Assembly (NCBI GenBank): GCA_964035545.1
Contig: OZ037767.1
Location: 9,868,581 to 9,932,580 of the forward strand
Source of the DNA: Bugula neritina
Taxonomy: Eukaryota; Animalia; Bryozoa
DNA length: 64,000 nucleotides
Direction: 5' to 3'
Shown here: in pieces, positions 25,404 to 39,978 of the stretch
How positions within the stretch are numbered: position 1 is the stretch's first letter
How the letters are laid out: every line of letters starts with the position of its first letter
Program-made: the position numbers and the translations under genes
The notes under the pieces: model-generated
Database searches by the model: none
The model's input: the letters and a program-made list of their open reading frames with translations, nothing else
Told to the model about the DNA's origin: nothing

Positions 25404-26217
25404 CTAGTAATAAATGCCATTATATTAATCAAATCTCATTTTACTTCTTCTAATGTTTATGCTCTAGATTTATTTCTATAGAGCACTCTAGTAACGTTTT
25501 GTGTACGAAACTACTAGTAATAAATGCCATTATATTAATCAAATCTCATTTTACTTCTTCTAATGTTTATGCTCTAGATTTATTTCTATAGAGCACTCTA
25601 GTAACGTTTTGTGTACGAAACTATTAGTAATAAATGCCATTATATTAATCAAATCTCATTTTACTTCTTCTAATGTTTATGCTCTAGATTTATTTCTATA
25701 GAGCACTCTAGTAACGTTTTGTGTACGAAACTACTAGTAATAAATGCCATTATATTTATCAAATCTCATTTTACTTCTTCTAATGTTTATGCTCTAGATT
25801 TATTTCTATAGAGCACTCTAGTAACGTTTTGTGTACGAAACTACTAGTAATAAATGCCATTATATTAATCAAATCTCATTTTACTTCTTCTAATGTTTAT
25901 GCTCTAGATTTATTTCTATAGAGCACTCTAGTAACGTTTTGTGTACGAAACTACTAGTAATAAATGCCATTATATTTATCAAATCTCATTTTACTTCTTC
26001 TAATGTTTATGCTCTAGATTTATTTCTATAGAGCACTCTAGTAACGTTTTGTGTACGAAACTACTAGTAATAAATGCCATTATATTAATCAAATCTCATT
26101 TTACTTCTTCTAATGTTTATGCTCTAGATTTATTTCTATAGAGCACTCTAGTAACGTTTTGTGTACGAAACTACTAGTAATAAATGCCATTATATTAATC
26201 AAATCTCATTTTACTTC

Positions 26218-26224
<7 letters not shown>
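25404..26224. repeat. 110-bp tandem array (~7.5 near-identical units) inserted in (TA)n of tandem unit 3
   Basis: Units recur at 25511, 25621, 25731, 25841, 25951, 26061 and 26171. Preceded by an inverted duplication of flanking sequence and followed by (TA)n. Confidence 0.95.
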
Positions 26225-26264
<40 letters not shown>

Positions 26265-28014
26265 TTATTATTATCACGTGTTCATCATTCACATAATGTG
26301 AAGGATGGAAACACAGTGATAATAATGCTTTCATGTTTATTGTCAGTAATAACATAATATACTTGTTATTACTATTAAGGTTTCATTATTTTATAAATCA
26401 TCAAAAAGCAAAAATTGTCTCGCATGGTTTTGTCACTATTGCACTGTGGACTGTAGCTAGTGCTAGTATGCATGTCCATGGCCCATGTAAAGCTTTTATA
26501 CTGTCAATAGATATGATTTCATGATTTATAGTTGTCAAAATATGTTGGTATGTTTCAAATTTGTGTGGTTACAATCTCAGCCGATCTTATATTTCTAGTT
26601 TATTTATTTAATAATATAGTATTCTTGCAGTTGTTATCTTTTTTGTTAAATTGAATAAGTTGTAGAAAATCGTCACATGGTTTACTAAATTGTTTATGTA
26701 ACATATAGCTGGTTTTATATAATAATATGCATTATGATAAAAAAGCATCAATTATATGGTAGATATTCTGTCTTTAAAAATTATATCAACAAAAACCATG
26801 CTCATTCACAAACCAACATTTTATATAAATAATTATTTTACTCTTTCCCGTAAAGCACGGTTATCTTCTATATACAAAACATCTAAGAAGTTTCCTAAAC
26901 AAAGAGATTAAAAGTTTGCTAATTTTACAACAATGTTGCAATTTTTATTTAGTTTGAAGTTGTTTTTTACCCTCATCAATTTTCCGTAGTAATTAGCTTT
27001 TTCTTGTTCTAATTTTGTGTGTGTTAATTTTAAAATTGTCTTATGTCAAGGGAGTAGTTTCCTTAGTTTTCTTTTGTAGGCAGTCAGTCTGAACAACATT
27101 TCAGGCTGCTCGAGCAGTTTAATATTAATTTGTTGTGGCCACTCGTTGACAATTGATTATTGTTTTTAATATTCGTCTGGACGAAGCTTTCCTGCTGTGG
27201 CGGTTGGTCTGTAACATAAATAATAAGCAAATAATTACATATGTGCTATCTAAAAATTTATTCGTGCAAATTTATAATTTGTATATGATGTCAATAAAAT
27301 ATAAACACTGTGAAATACACACTGTCAGGGCCAGCAAATATATATAATTGTAGTAGGTTTGGGGATCTACTCATGCTTCAACTATTTTCTTTGTGTGAAT
27401 GCCCTAACTGTTTTATTTACGTGAATGCCCAAGTTTTATTTGTCTGTTGTGAGTTCGATTTTAGAAGGTTCTGGGAGTCCCAGTGGAGATTCCGTCTACT
27501 ACTGGAGCTCGAGGACTATACTACTATTTTCAACTACTAAGGCAATTTATCAGAAATTTATTATTAATGTATCAACCATATGTGAGCAATATATCAGCAA
27601 TATGTCATCAATATTGATCTAAACATTAACTGTAATTATTGAATCAACATCCATATTAAGCTATTATTATCACTGATACTTTTACAAAATTACAACAGAA
27701 ACAAAATGTTATAATTACTTCCAAGTATCAAAGATGCTTGCATAACAATATGTTGGACCAACAGTGAGAATAAGATTATGCTAAAACCAAAGCCAAATAT
27801 AATCAATGTTTAAATTTAAATTTTCTACATGATAGGAACAGGTGACTTTTTCAACAATAACTTCTCAATGTTTATCTATTAAATGTTGGTTGCTAATAAC
27901 TAGCTTTACTATTTTTAATTCTTTAAAACTTGGTACAAAATAAAGACAACTCCAAAAGTAGAGGTGGAAGCATCAAGAAACTGGGTTGGAAATTTTGTGT
28001 CCAACTATCTAGGC

Positions 28015-29733
28015 CAGGGCTGTCCAAAAGGCGGCCCGGGGTCCGGATCCGGCCCTCCAGCTATATTTGTGTGGCCCCCCAAGGTATAGCAAGTTACAAA
28101 TTTTTTGTTTAAATCAAATTTGCTAACTAGCCTGAAACAGCAGCACAATTTCTATTAAAATGTAGTTTAGTTTCTTGTACAATATTGTTCTGTGGGTGGC
28201 ATGCGTGTTACCTACTTATTATTGTTTAGCCTGAGATCAAACTACAACCAATAACAGCAAGCTAGTCATTATAGCCTGTTAGCTAGCAAGCTTGTGACTT
28301 ACAATATGTAGACCCCTCTATTATATGCTCATCTCTACGCGTTTACTGAAGCGTGAAGTGATCCACAGTGCTTACTACTTAAAAAGAAATATACCATTTC
28401 CAGTATATAAATCCATAATTTACATAAAATCTAAGTCATTGCTTTTTTATTCAGATATCATGCTTTCTTGCTAAGTTATTTTACTGGTACTAAACAATCA
28501 ACTTTTCAGGCAAAATTAGCCGAAAATGTGCAGTTTTTTTTCTACAACTTTGCAAAAGAATGAAAAAATTCCAAAAAAGTTGCACTGGAAAAAAATAAGA
28601 TTCACACCATAGTTTTTAAATTTTGATTCTAGTAGCATACAATTAAATGAGATTTTTTTTACTGGTACTAAATTTTTACACAGTTACAATGCAAACCTGA
28701 GCAAGGCAGTTGCAGCTAAAAAGTTGCCCTTAGCTATCTTGTGCAGACAGATATTTCAAAGACATTTAATCAGGACAGGCCATATAGAGACAAGACTTTT
28801 TTGAAAGTATAACTGAGATCTCACTTTTATTGACTGTATTGTGAAAGATAAGTAGTTGAAGAATCTCTGGCACACTTCACTTATGCAGTACTAAAATATT
28901 CTTATGTATATTAGTTTTCATTTACATACTGTTTTAAGGTTAGGTGCCTAAACAATTTTGTTTTATAATGAATTTTGTACGAGTATGTACTGAAATGATT
29001 TGAGATTTCTGATCCCTTGACCTTTGACATTTGACCTTTGACTGTTAGGTACTATAAAACTTATACTATTTATAGCTAACTTTCATAGCATACTATTGTT
29101 AGATGCTGCACTGCACAGCACTATCACTGAGATGGCTTGAAGGTTTGAACTTTCAATTTTTAGTCAAATGAAATACACAAAAATAAATATCACACTTCAC
29201 TCACTAGTCAGCACTTAGTCCAGCAACTAAGGGTTATATGTTCTGATACGAAACCAGATATTAACAGAATTGTTCAAGGCAAACAATACTCACTGTGTAC
29301 TCACAAGTGTCTCACTGATTGTTGTAAAATATAACTATACCGCTATGAGTACAGACTCTTAGCACTGGCATATCTTGTTTAAATTTTGCATGAATATCAT
29401 GAATATTTACTTTGTATGTATATATGTATAATTTGGGTTTGGTTACAATTTTGTATTTATGTTTCTTGTTTACCTATTTTAATTAAATGCGTATACACAC
29501 ACATACACACACATACACACACATACACACACACATAAATATCGATTTAAATGTGTTATGGTTTTATTAAAAATGCAAAGCCTAACCATTGCTTATAATT
29601 ACAATACATATAGCCTGCAGATGCTCAATGAATCTTGAAAATTGATTTTTAAAAACAGAAAAAATGTTGTGGCCCTCGGCTCAAGCTGAAACTTGCAGAG
29701 TGGCCCTCGGTCTGAAAAGGTTGGACACCCCTG
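28015..29733. mobile_element. Non-autonomous hAT (Buster/Charlie-type) DNA transposon
   Basis: TIRs CAGGGCTGTCCAA / TTGGACACCCCTG, subterminal GGCCC motifs, 8-bp TSD ATCTAGGC. Empty site in the other units. No transposase ORF. Confidence 0.92.
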
Positions 29734-30209
29734 ATCTAGGCAGTGTCAGCATAATATCAATGCTTGTCTTTATTTAAACAACTGATAAATTTTGACGTTA
29801 GAAAGTCTATACACCAAAGATTATTGATTGTACAAATAAACGTCTGTTCTATCTTAATCTTTATCTTATCGTTATCTAGAATACAATCTAAAATGGCAGC
29901 AAGCGGATTTGCTTTATAGGTAAATAGTCAGACTCCCAGGCAGCTAAATAAAGATAACCATTGAATTTTTTGTGACAAGAAGTTTGACCCATACTACCTT
30001 AGGATTTTAAGTATTGCTAGTAATAATATAGTTTGAATAAATTCTAATTACCAATTAGTAACTTCATCAGGAAAGAATAAAAAGTAGCATTTTATTTCAT
30101 ATTTGATTTGTTTTAAAATAAAGCAAATTTATGCAAAGCATTTATCTTCAAAGTTTGAATGAAAATTAATAGATAGAATTTCAAGTAAAATATAATTATG
30201 TAATGTAGG

Positions 30210-30276
<67 letters not shown>

Positions 30277-30277
30277 C

Positions 30278-30326
30278 ATTGCTACTCTGAAGATGGGTAC
30301 AGTGGTACCCGAAATATCAGTGTAAT
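30278..30326 (+). ncRNA. Minimal hammerhead ribozyme motif, family A (tandem unit 4)
   Basis: Identical to 20536-20584. Confidence 0.65.
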
Positions 30327-30384
30327 TACTTTACCTAACAATGTTTCTCATATATCTATTTATAATCAAATTGCTAGCTCGTAA

Positions 30385-30500
<116 letters not shown>

Positions 30501-31311
30501 TTATTATCACGTGTTCATCATTCACATAATGTGAAGGATGGAAACGCAGTGATAATAATGCTTTCATGTTTATTGTCAGTAATAACATAATATACTTGTT
30601 ATTACTATTAAGGTGTCATTATTTTATAAATCATCAAAAAGCAAAAATTGTCTCGTATGGTTTTGTCACTATTGTACTGTGGACTGTAGCTAGTGCTAGT
30701 ATGCATGTCCATGGCTCATGTAAAGCTTTTATACTGTCAATAGATATGATTTCATGATTTATAGTTGTCAAAATATGTTGGTATATGTTTCAAATTTGTG
30801 TGGTTACAATCTTATATTTCTAGTTTAATTATTTAATAATAATATAGTATTCTTGCAGTTGTTATCTTTTTTGTTAAATTGAATAGGTTGTAGAAAATCG
30901 TCACATGGTTTACTAAATTGTTTATGTAACATATAGCTGGTTTTATATAATAATATGCATTATGATAAAAAAGCATCAATTATATGGTAGATATTCTGTC
31001 TTTAAAAATTATATCAACAAAAACCATGCTCATTCACAAACCAACATTTTATATAAATAATTATTTTACTCTTTCCCGTAAAGCACGGTTATCTTCTATA
31101 TACAAAACATCTAAGAAGTTTTCTAAACAAAGAGATTAAAAGTTTGCTAATTTTACAACAATGTTGCAATTTTTATTTAGTTTGAAGTTGTTTTTTACCC
31201 TCATCAATTTTCCGTAGTAATTAGCTTTTTCTTGTTCTAATTTTGTGTGTGTTAATTTTAGAATTGGCTTATGTCAAGAAAGTAGTTTCCTTAGTTTTCT
31301 TTTGTAGGCAG

Positions 31312-33301
31312 TCAGTCTGAACAACGTTTCAGGCTGCTCGAGCAGTTTAATATTAATTTGTTGTGGCCACTCGTTGACAATTGATTATTGTTTTTAATAT
31401 TCGTCTGGACGAAGCTTTCCTGCTGTGGCGGTTGGTCTGTAACATAATAATAAGCAAATAATTACATACGTGCTATTTAAAAATTTATTCGTGCAAATTT
31501 GTAATTTGTATGCGATGTCAATAAAATATAAACACTGTGAAATACACACTGTCAGGGCCAGCAAATATATATAATTGTAGTAGGTTTGGGGATCTAGTCA
31601 TGCTTCAACTATTTTCTTTGTGTGAATGCCCTAACTGTTTTATTTACACGAATGCCCAAGTTTTATTTGTCTGTTGTGAGTTCGATTTTAGAAGGTTCTG
31701 GGAGTCCCAGTGGAGATTCCGTCTACCACTGGAGCTCGAGGACTATACTACTATCTTCAACTACTAAGGCTGATTGTGCAAGACTACACTTGTCTCTCTT
31801 TTACTACAGGTGGACAAAAAGATATCAGCAACTGAAAATTCTTCTTCTCTCTAAATACAAAGAGGTTATGTTCTCCTAGCTAGGTTCCAATAACAGCCAG
31901 CAAGATCATCACAATAATATCAAGTAGTTCACAATCACAGTGTGAAACTCAACTTTGAGTTTAAAATCAAAGGCATTAATACAACCTTCGCTCTAACATA
32001 TATATATTACTTTAACAAAATTTTGACGTCAAATGAACAATCTGTTGTTGCCTGTACACGGGTAAGACATGTTTGAGCAACAAGGCAGCAGGGCGTACAG
32101 AAGCTAAGCTCCTTGTTGGTCACTGCTATATAAAACACTTGATACTTTGAAACAAAATAAATTGTAAATACCATTCACCATCTGCTGCTTGACGAGTTTT
32201 TGCGATTTCCTTAATCATTGCCCTGAGTTCTGCCATTTCTCCTTTGTGCTTGGCCTCCAGGTTTTCCATTTTTGTCTCCAATTTAAGCGTCACATCCCCT
32301 AGCTCTTGGCGATGTTGCAATTTAAGTTGCTGAACTTCTGCAGTCCATTTCATCATCTCAGTCTCGTGTTCATCTTTTAACTCTGCACGAACTTCGTCTT
32401 TCACAGCTTCTTTTTTACACATCCTTTGGTATTGGTATGGAGTTACATCTGCTGGGGCCTCTGCAAATTAAATTATTTAAATCTTATATAAAAGTTAAGC
32501 AATACAATTCATTTTTGTTGAAATCATGTAATGAGTTTTACATTTTTATTAAAACATAAATAGATTCATTTCATAGATGGCCTCGAAAGAAATATTACCA
32601 GGATTTATTGTTGCTAGGACATAATTACAAATCAAAAATTCTCTCATTGCATGCTAAAATATCATTGTTAACTGTTGAGGCATCAAAATTGTACCTGCAA
32701 AAGCATTTGTCCAAGTTTCAAAGGTTTTTGTAACTTTATTATTTGCTGCCAGGTTTACTGGATGTCGGTTCTTATTATTAGGAATACATAACAGCTCATT
32801 CAGCTGTTGAATAGCAAGACATTGAGATGTGAGGATGTATTCAATGAAATCAAAATGGCCATTAGCTGAAGCCAAATGGAGAGCTGTATAGCCTCCTGAA
32901 GTTGTTTTCTGTTTTAAGAGCTCAAACACCACACACCCGTCAGACACACCATCTATCAAAGCTCTTGCAGTGTATACGTCTCCCCTCTCTGCCATTATAT
33001 GAAAGAGAGACAGACCTTTGCTGTTTCGAATTATTAAGGCTTCAAGATGATTTCCAGGTGGGATACGGGCTATCATTTTCTTAACTGCATGAGCATTGCC
33101 AAGCCGTACTGTAATGTGCAGTAGAGTGTTACCATTTTTCCATTCACTTGTTAAAGTTTTAAAGACGTCGTTTGAATCAATTAAATCAATACGTTCAGTA
33201 AATTGCTCAAAGTCTCCTCTTAGCAGTGACCGAATTGGTTTCGGAAACCTTTGATCATTTAAATGAGAAACCAATCTTTCTCCTGGAGTAATAAGCTCCA
33301 T
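31312..33301 (-). CDS. Ankyrin-repeat protein with C-terminal coiled coil (~337 aa)
   Basis: Exon 32695-33301 has ANK motifs GNTLLHITVRLGN, GLSLFHIMAERGD and GYTALHLASANGHFDFIEYIL. Exon 32179-32460 is an E/K/Q-rich heptad region. Candidate last exon 31312-31436 is phase compatible but less certain. Confidence 0.8.
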
Positions 33302-33777
33302 CTTCTATAAAAAAAATTAATCATTCAAAAATTATCTAGAATCATAAAAGAAACATACTTTTATGAACAAATAAGCGGAAATTTGTCCACTTTATGCTTT
33401 GAGCTACAATACAATTGAAAATATGCAGTAAAATGCAAACTTAAATGAGCCACATGTTAAATAAATTAAATAATGAGAGGATATTAAATAAATTTATGTT
33501 AAAATGCTGTTTTCAAGCATTATAGTAAGTGTTTAAAGTAAGGTATATACTCATTCATAGCTTTTTTGTGGCAATAATTTAACATACCTGATTACTGATC
33601 TTTGCTAAAGATACTGCACTGCAAAGCAGAATACCTCAAAACTAGAGTGGGATCGGTTTTATATATATTATTGTTAGAGCATATTGTAGTTGCCTCCCTT
33701 ATACTGCCATCCTATTGGTTAGTTAACTTAGCATAACTATAGGTACCACCCATCAGATAGTTGAAATATAGCACTAT

Positions 33778-33934
33778 CACTGCGTTTCCATTATCGCATT
33801 ATGCGAATGGATTTTTTCATTCGGCTAATGGAAACAGTTACATCGGATGAAACCGCAACTATAAGGTAATGCAAACCACAAATAATCCGTACGAAGCATT
33901 CATTCGCATTATGCGCAGTCATGGAAACGCAGTG
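33778..33934. mobile_element. 157-bp MITE, possibly PIF/Harbinger-like
   Basis: 14-bp perfect TIR CACTGCGTTTCCAT / ATGGAAACGCAGTG, with TAT on both sides. Confidence 0.65.
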
Positions 33935-34707
33935 TATATAGTCTATATTATTATATACTCTATCATTATAATGCATTTTACGATTATAATACATATTATT
34001 TTGTTAAGCTCAAATCTAATTTTGATGCAATTTTCACCAGATAATAATGTTAGTGACAACACACGTAAATGTTTGTATTAAATTATCTGAGATATATTCA
34101 TTTAACATTGCATGAGAAAAGTAGAGTTGGAAAAAGTTGTTTGTCAATTTTGCTACTTCTTTAGTTCAAATAATATAGGCTATGGGTCATTTTACTATGC
34201 AGATATTGCTAGTTTATGTATGTTTATCACAATTTACCTGCATGTATATGATGTTTTTTGCTAAACTAATAAAATATTAACAAATAAAACTAAATATTCA
34301 AGATTCTTTTTCTAATTTTGCTTGATTTTCTATGTTTTTTTTTGTAACTTGTTTTGTAAAAAAAGCATTTTTGTGATGTTCTTTTCATCACAGTTGTATA
34401 ATATATAATATGTTTAGCTCATATAACAATGACGTTTTGATTTAATGTTGCAGGACCCTCTCTCAGTTTCTTATGCTATACATATTTAGAATGAGCACAC
34501 AAAACTACCCCATATAGTAACGTTTCGTAACTTTTAACCATGCAATGCAACTTTAAATTTTAGTCCTAAAGTGCTGGTCTGTACTAAATGAAGCAAAATT
34601 ACCAGATATATCACAGTTCATCAAAAATTTCTTCAGGCTCAGCTTATTATATACAACTAAAACCATTTAATTTAAAATATTACTTCCTGCAAAGAACATA
34701 CGATCTT

Positions 34708-35020
34708 CAGCCTAATCACTGAGATGGCTTAAAAGTTTAAACTTTGAGCTTTAAAGCTATCTGAGTGATTAGGCTGTGCGATGCAGCAGCTAAAAGTAGC
34801 TTATAATAAAAGTTAAATACGATCAGTATAAGTTTTATATAGTAGCAGTAAGGCCAAAGGCGACAGGAACCACCATATCTGCAAACGATAGAAACTCCAA
34901 ATTAATTATGCACACATGACGCAATATTCATTATAAAACATAATTGTTTAGGCATACAAACTTATGTAGATGAAAGCCAATATATATAAGGATATTTCAA
35001 CACTGCATAAATGTCAGAGA
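34708..35020 (-). repeat. Old dispersed repeat with a terminal palindrome; related sequence at ~58987-59300 and inside both hAT copies
   Basis: Palindrome CAGCCTAATCAC...GTGATTAGGCTG (34708-34776). The shared block CACTTATGCAGT...TTTTATAAT is seen at ~28878, ~52551 and ~58996. Confidence 0.55.
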
Positions 35021-35678
35021 TTCTTTAAGGAGAATGCAAGTATCAAAATATTTTGTCTTTTAACATTACAGAATGCATTTTCACATTGCACAAATGGCAA
35101 TCCTTCTTTTGGACCTTTTTAATTATTTAATTAGTTTGAATAAAAAAAGCATTGTGGGTGGGGAGAATATTTTAACTTTCTTGTAAATCTAAATGTAGGT
35201 TGGTTGATTAATCTAACCTGTATGACATAGATACACATTGTCATATCACTATGTTCTAACACAACCATGACAATGCTGACTATGTATCAAAATGGTCAAA
35301 CTTTTAATTTTGTCTTTTCAAAATTTCAAAAATTTTGTTTTTTAAATCATACTTAAATTGCAAATTTTTATTTATACATAAATAAGTAAATAGAAATTGA
35401 TAGACTGCCTAAAAAATCATTAAAAACTAGTTTAGGTAAAACAAAATTTCAGTTGCTAATGGTTTTATTATTTAAAAAACATGCTTCCAATGATAGGCTG
35501 TAACTGATTTAAAACACAAAACACTAAATTTGAATTTTTTATAGGAAAAGTGGCTTTCAAAGATTATAGGTAGTGCTCTATGCTGGGATTATAAAAATAA
35601 TCCTACAAATAAACTCCCCTAATTCATCTCTAAGTTGATAGATTTTTTTCTGATGATGAAAGATTTATTTTAGATACC

Positions 35679-36034
<356 letters not shown>

Positions 36035-36549
36035 ATGTTGCTTTTTATTTATGGCATTGAACCTATATGAACTATTGATACAATAACATTCATAAAATAC
36101 ATAAAGAGCAGTTTGGGAGATATTAAAAGCTTTATCTGCTTCTGACTCCCATCAATTGTGATGAATTGACTTTATATACATTTTTCCTCATTATATAATA
36201 TTGTAGAAGCATATTTTATTACTTACAGCAGCGTTTTCTTTAAAGTCTAGACAATTGGTACTTCTTACAAAACTTTTTTGCATATTGCAATTATAATAGT
36301 GGGATTGGTCATGCACCTTAAATCAGTAACATTACAGAAAAAAATTTGATTGCACAATAATAATATTATGATACAGTAGAATTATTGGCCTAGCATTGAT
36401 TACCCTCTTGGTCATTAAATACGGTAACGTAACATTTTCAAGTAGTAGATATATGGCTACTAACAAGTGAGGTACGTCTTTTTGTGTATTTCTACAGCTT
36501 TTCAACAAGGAATTTATTCTAGTTATTGCTTGTAGACCACAGATTCAAT

Positions 36550-36601
36550 ATGAAGTTTTCTACTTTGCTAACAACTGCTGTCATCATCATTAATTTAGCA
36601 G
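36550..36601 (+). CDS. Probable signal-peptide exon of a small secreted-protein gene
   Basis: ATG then MKFSTLLTTAVIIINLA, ending at a consensus phase-1 donor CAG|GTAAGT. Upstream acceptor TTTCTACAG at 36497. Candidate next exon starts at 51224 (GSITLLALPIHKIK). Confidence 0.45.
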
Positions 36602-36730
36602 GTAAGTATAATGCTGTTCTATATTTTATCAATAATGAGTAAAAACTCATTTATTTTACAAACTCTGCTCTAATTTTTGAGTATGATATACTCAATACAA
36701 ATAAGAGCTATATATATATGGGTCATGGTA

Positions 36731-36788
36731 CTCTGTTCTGTGCTGATGAGGGGACAAACCCCGAAACAGCTGCTGTCCACAGATTGAG
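36731..36788 (+). ncRNA. Canonical type I hammerhead ribozyme, family C
   Basis: CTGTG-CTGATGA-GGGG(acaaa)CCCC-GAAACAG(ctg)CTGTC-CACAG. All core bases, three stems and a GUC cleavage triplet. Lies between TA tracts. Confidence 0.88.
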
Positions 36789-36815
36789 TTATATATATAT
36801 ATATATATATATACA

Positions 36816-38040
<1,225 letters not shown>

Positions 38041-38069
38041 CTGTATATATATATATATATATTTATATA

Positions 38070-38162
<93 letters not shown>

Positions 38163-39325
38163 TGTATATATATATTATTGAGGAAAAGAGCAATTTAATT
38201 ATATAGATGTTGTTTTATTGCACTACTAATAGTTTCATGCCTCTTCGGCACTCCTCAGGCACAATATTGACGAATTTAAATTTTTACATCAAGAAAATCA
38301 AAATGCTAAACACAAGGTGAAACGTAACGAAGACATAGCAGTGGCTGTATTGTTATATAGGTTTGTAGGTGTAAATTAATATATAAAAAAACCATAATGT
38401 AATGTAAAAACACAATTTATAGCAGATGCATGAAGTTTTTGTTAGGTGACTATTCTCTCTGGGTATTTGGATATTATTTACTATAGCACATAAAATATAA
38501 ATAGGCTACAGAGTTTCTAGGTTTTGTGGTTGCACAGTAAGAATTTTTTGAGTGTCGGCAGGTTGATAAGATTTTTTTTCGCTTGTTTAAAGTACACATG
38601 TTAGGTTTGTATAAAATAAAGAAACATTCCCATAGGCATAAATTACACCTTTTGGTAGTTGTGTTGTATGGTTTCGCTTTTCTTAATATTTTCCAGCTTA
38701 TGTTGTGCTTAATGTTTTTGTTAGTTAGTTGCCAAATGTGTTTGCTAAGTTCTGTTTGATTTGCTTTCTCCTTGTTTTTAAATGATGATCTGTGGTTTGC
38801 GTATCTTAGTTTGAACGGTCCTTCACTTAGGCCAATGTATGTTGCAGGCTCGTTTTCGGTAGTTTCCACAGTTGCTTGGTATATAACTCTGCTCTCCTGA
38901 CAGTTTCCTTTCAGCGGACAACTTTCTTTTTCTCTACAGTTGCAGTTTTTTCTGGGGGTTTTGTTTTGTTGCTTCTGTTTCTCTAATAGTCTGTTATTGT
39001 GGCCATTTATGGTCTGTTTTATGTTTGGCATGCAGCTGTAGCTAACCTTTATATTGTTTTTGTTGATTATTTTATAGAGTGGGTGTTGTTTTGGAAATTC
39101 CTCATTCATGATTTTAAAGAAGATTTTTGCAATTCTTGTGGGTACATGTTGGCTGTATGGTGGATTGTACCAAACAACTTTTCTTTTTCGGTTTCGAGAC
39201 TTCTGTTGTGTGTTGTTTGTTTGGGTTCTTGGCAGGAATTGTAATTGATGTTTGTAGCCACTTTGGTTTAGGAGGTTTTGGTGGTTGTAGGTGGATTGTG
39301 TGAAAATTTTCTCGTTAGATGATAT

Positions 39326-39734
39326 TGTAGTGAATTTTGCCAGTTCACTATTATTATTTGTGGGTCTACTTAATCAAAGCCACTGCGACAGGTTGTTTAC
39401 AATAAGATACTTTATTATTTACACAAATACAAGAAGGTTATTTACTGCTAGCATGAATAGAAAACGATTACATAATTAGTGAGCTTTAATACACAACTGT
39501 TCTAAATGAAGTCCCAAGCTGCTCTGCCGGCTAGCTACTCAGCGCACTGCAACTACGAGTAGCTAGCTCCACCTGCTATCAATTAGTGTCACTGTCCTGA
39601 TTGGTGGCTACTAATGGTGCCACTACTGTCCATAGTTACACTCCGACAGTGTCGAACTCGCAAGATACATAAACAATATAGAGTAAACCTTTTCGATTAA
39701 CATAATAGGAATTGCACTACTAAAATCTATCACA
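39326..39734 (-). repeat. Gypsy 3' LTR
   Basis: Direct repeat of 46786-47194. Preceded on the minus strand by the polypurine tract AGGTGAGGAGAG (39735-39746). Confidence 0.96.
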
Positions 39735-39978
39735 CTCTCCTCACCTATCGAAAAGTACTCTCTAGACTTAATATTTACATGACAGTAACACACGAATACT
39801 AATGAAGGTAACATAGTGCTTTACAAAACTAGGGGTACAATTGAACAAGAGAAAATATATATACAGAGTAGATAGCATAAGTATAATAAATGAGTCTTCA
39901 CGCCGTAGTCCATAACACCTATTTACACTGCTTGACTAGCCAGGAGGGGGGGGGGTACATGTGTAGGTGGCCGCACCT

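Noticed and set aside
25404-26224. CRISPR-like array
   Set aside because: Units are identical end to end with no unique spacers, there are no cas genes, and the context is eukaryotic.
38474-39109. Selenoprotein-type PLE (in-frame UGA at Cys positions, reported for some Naiad elements)
   Set aside because: The Cys motifs are encoded by TGC/TGT and no in-frame TGA is seen in the RT or EN frames.
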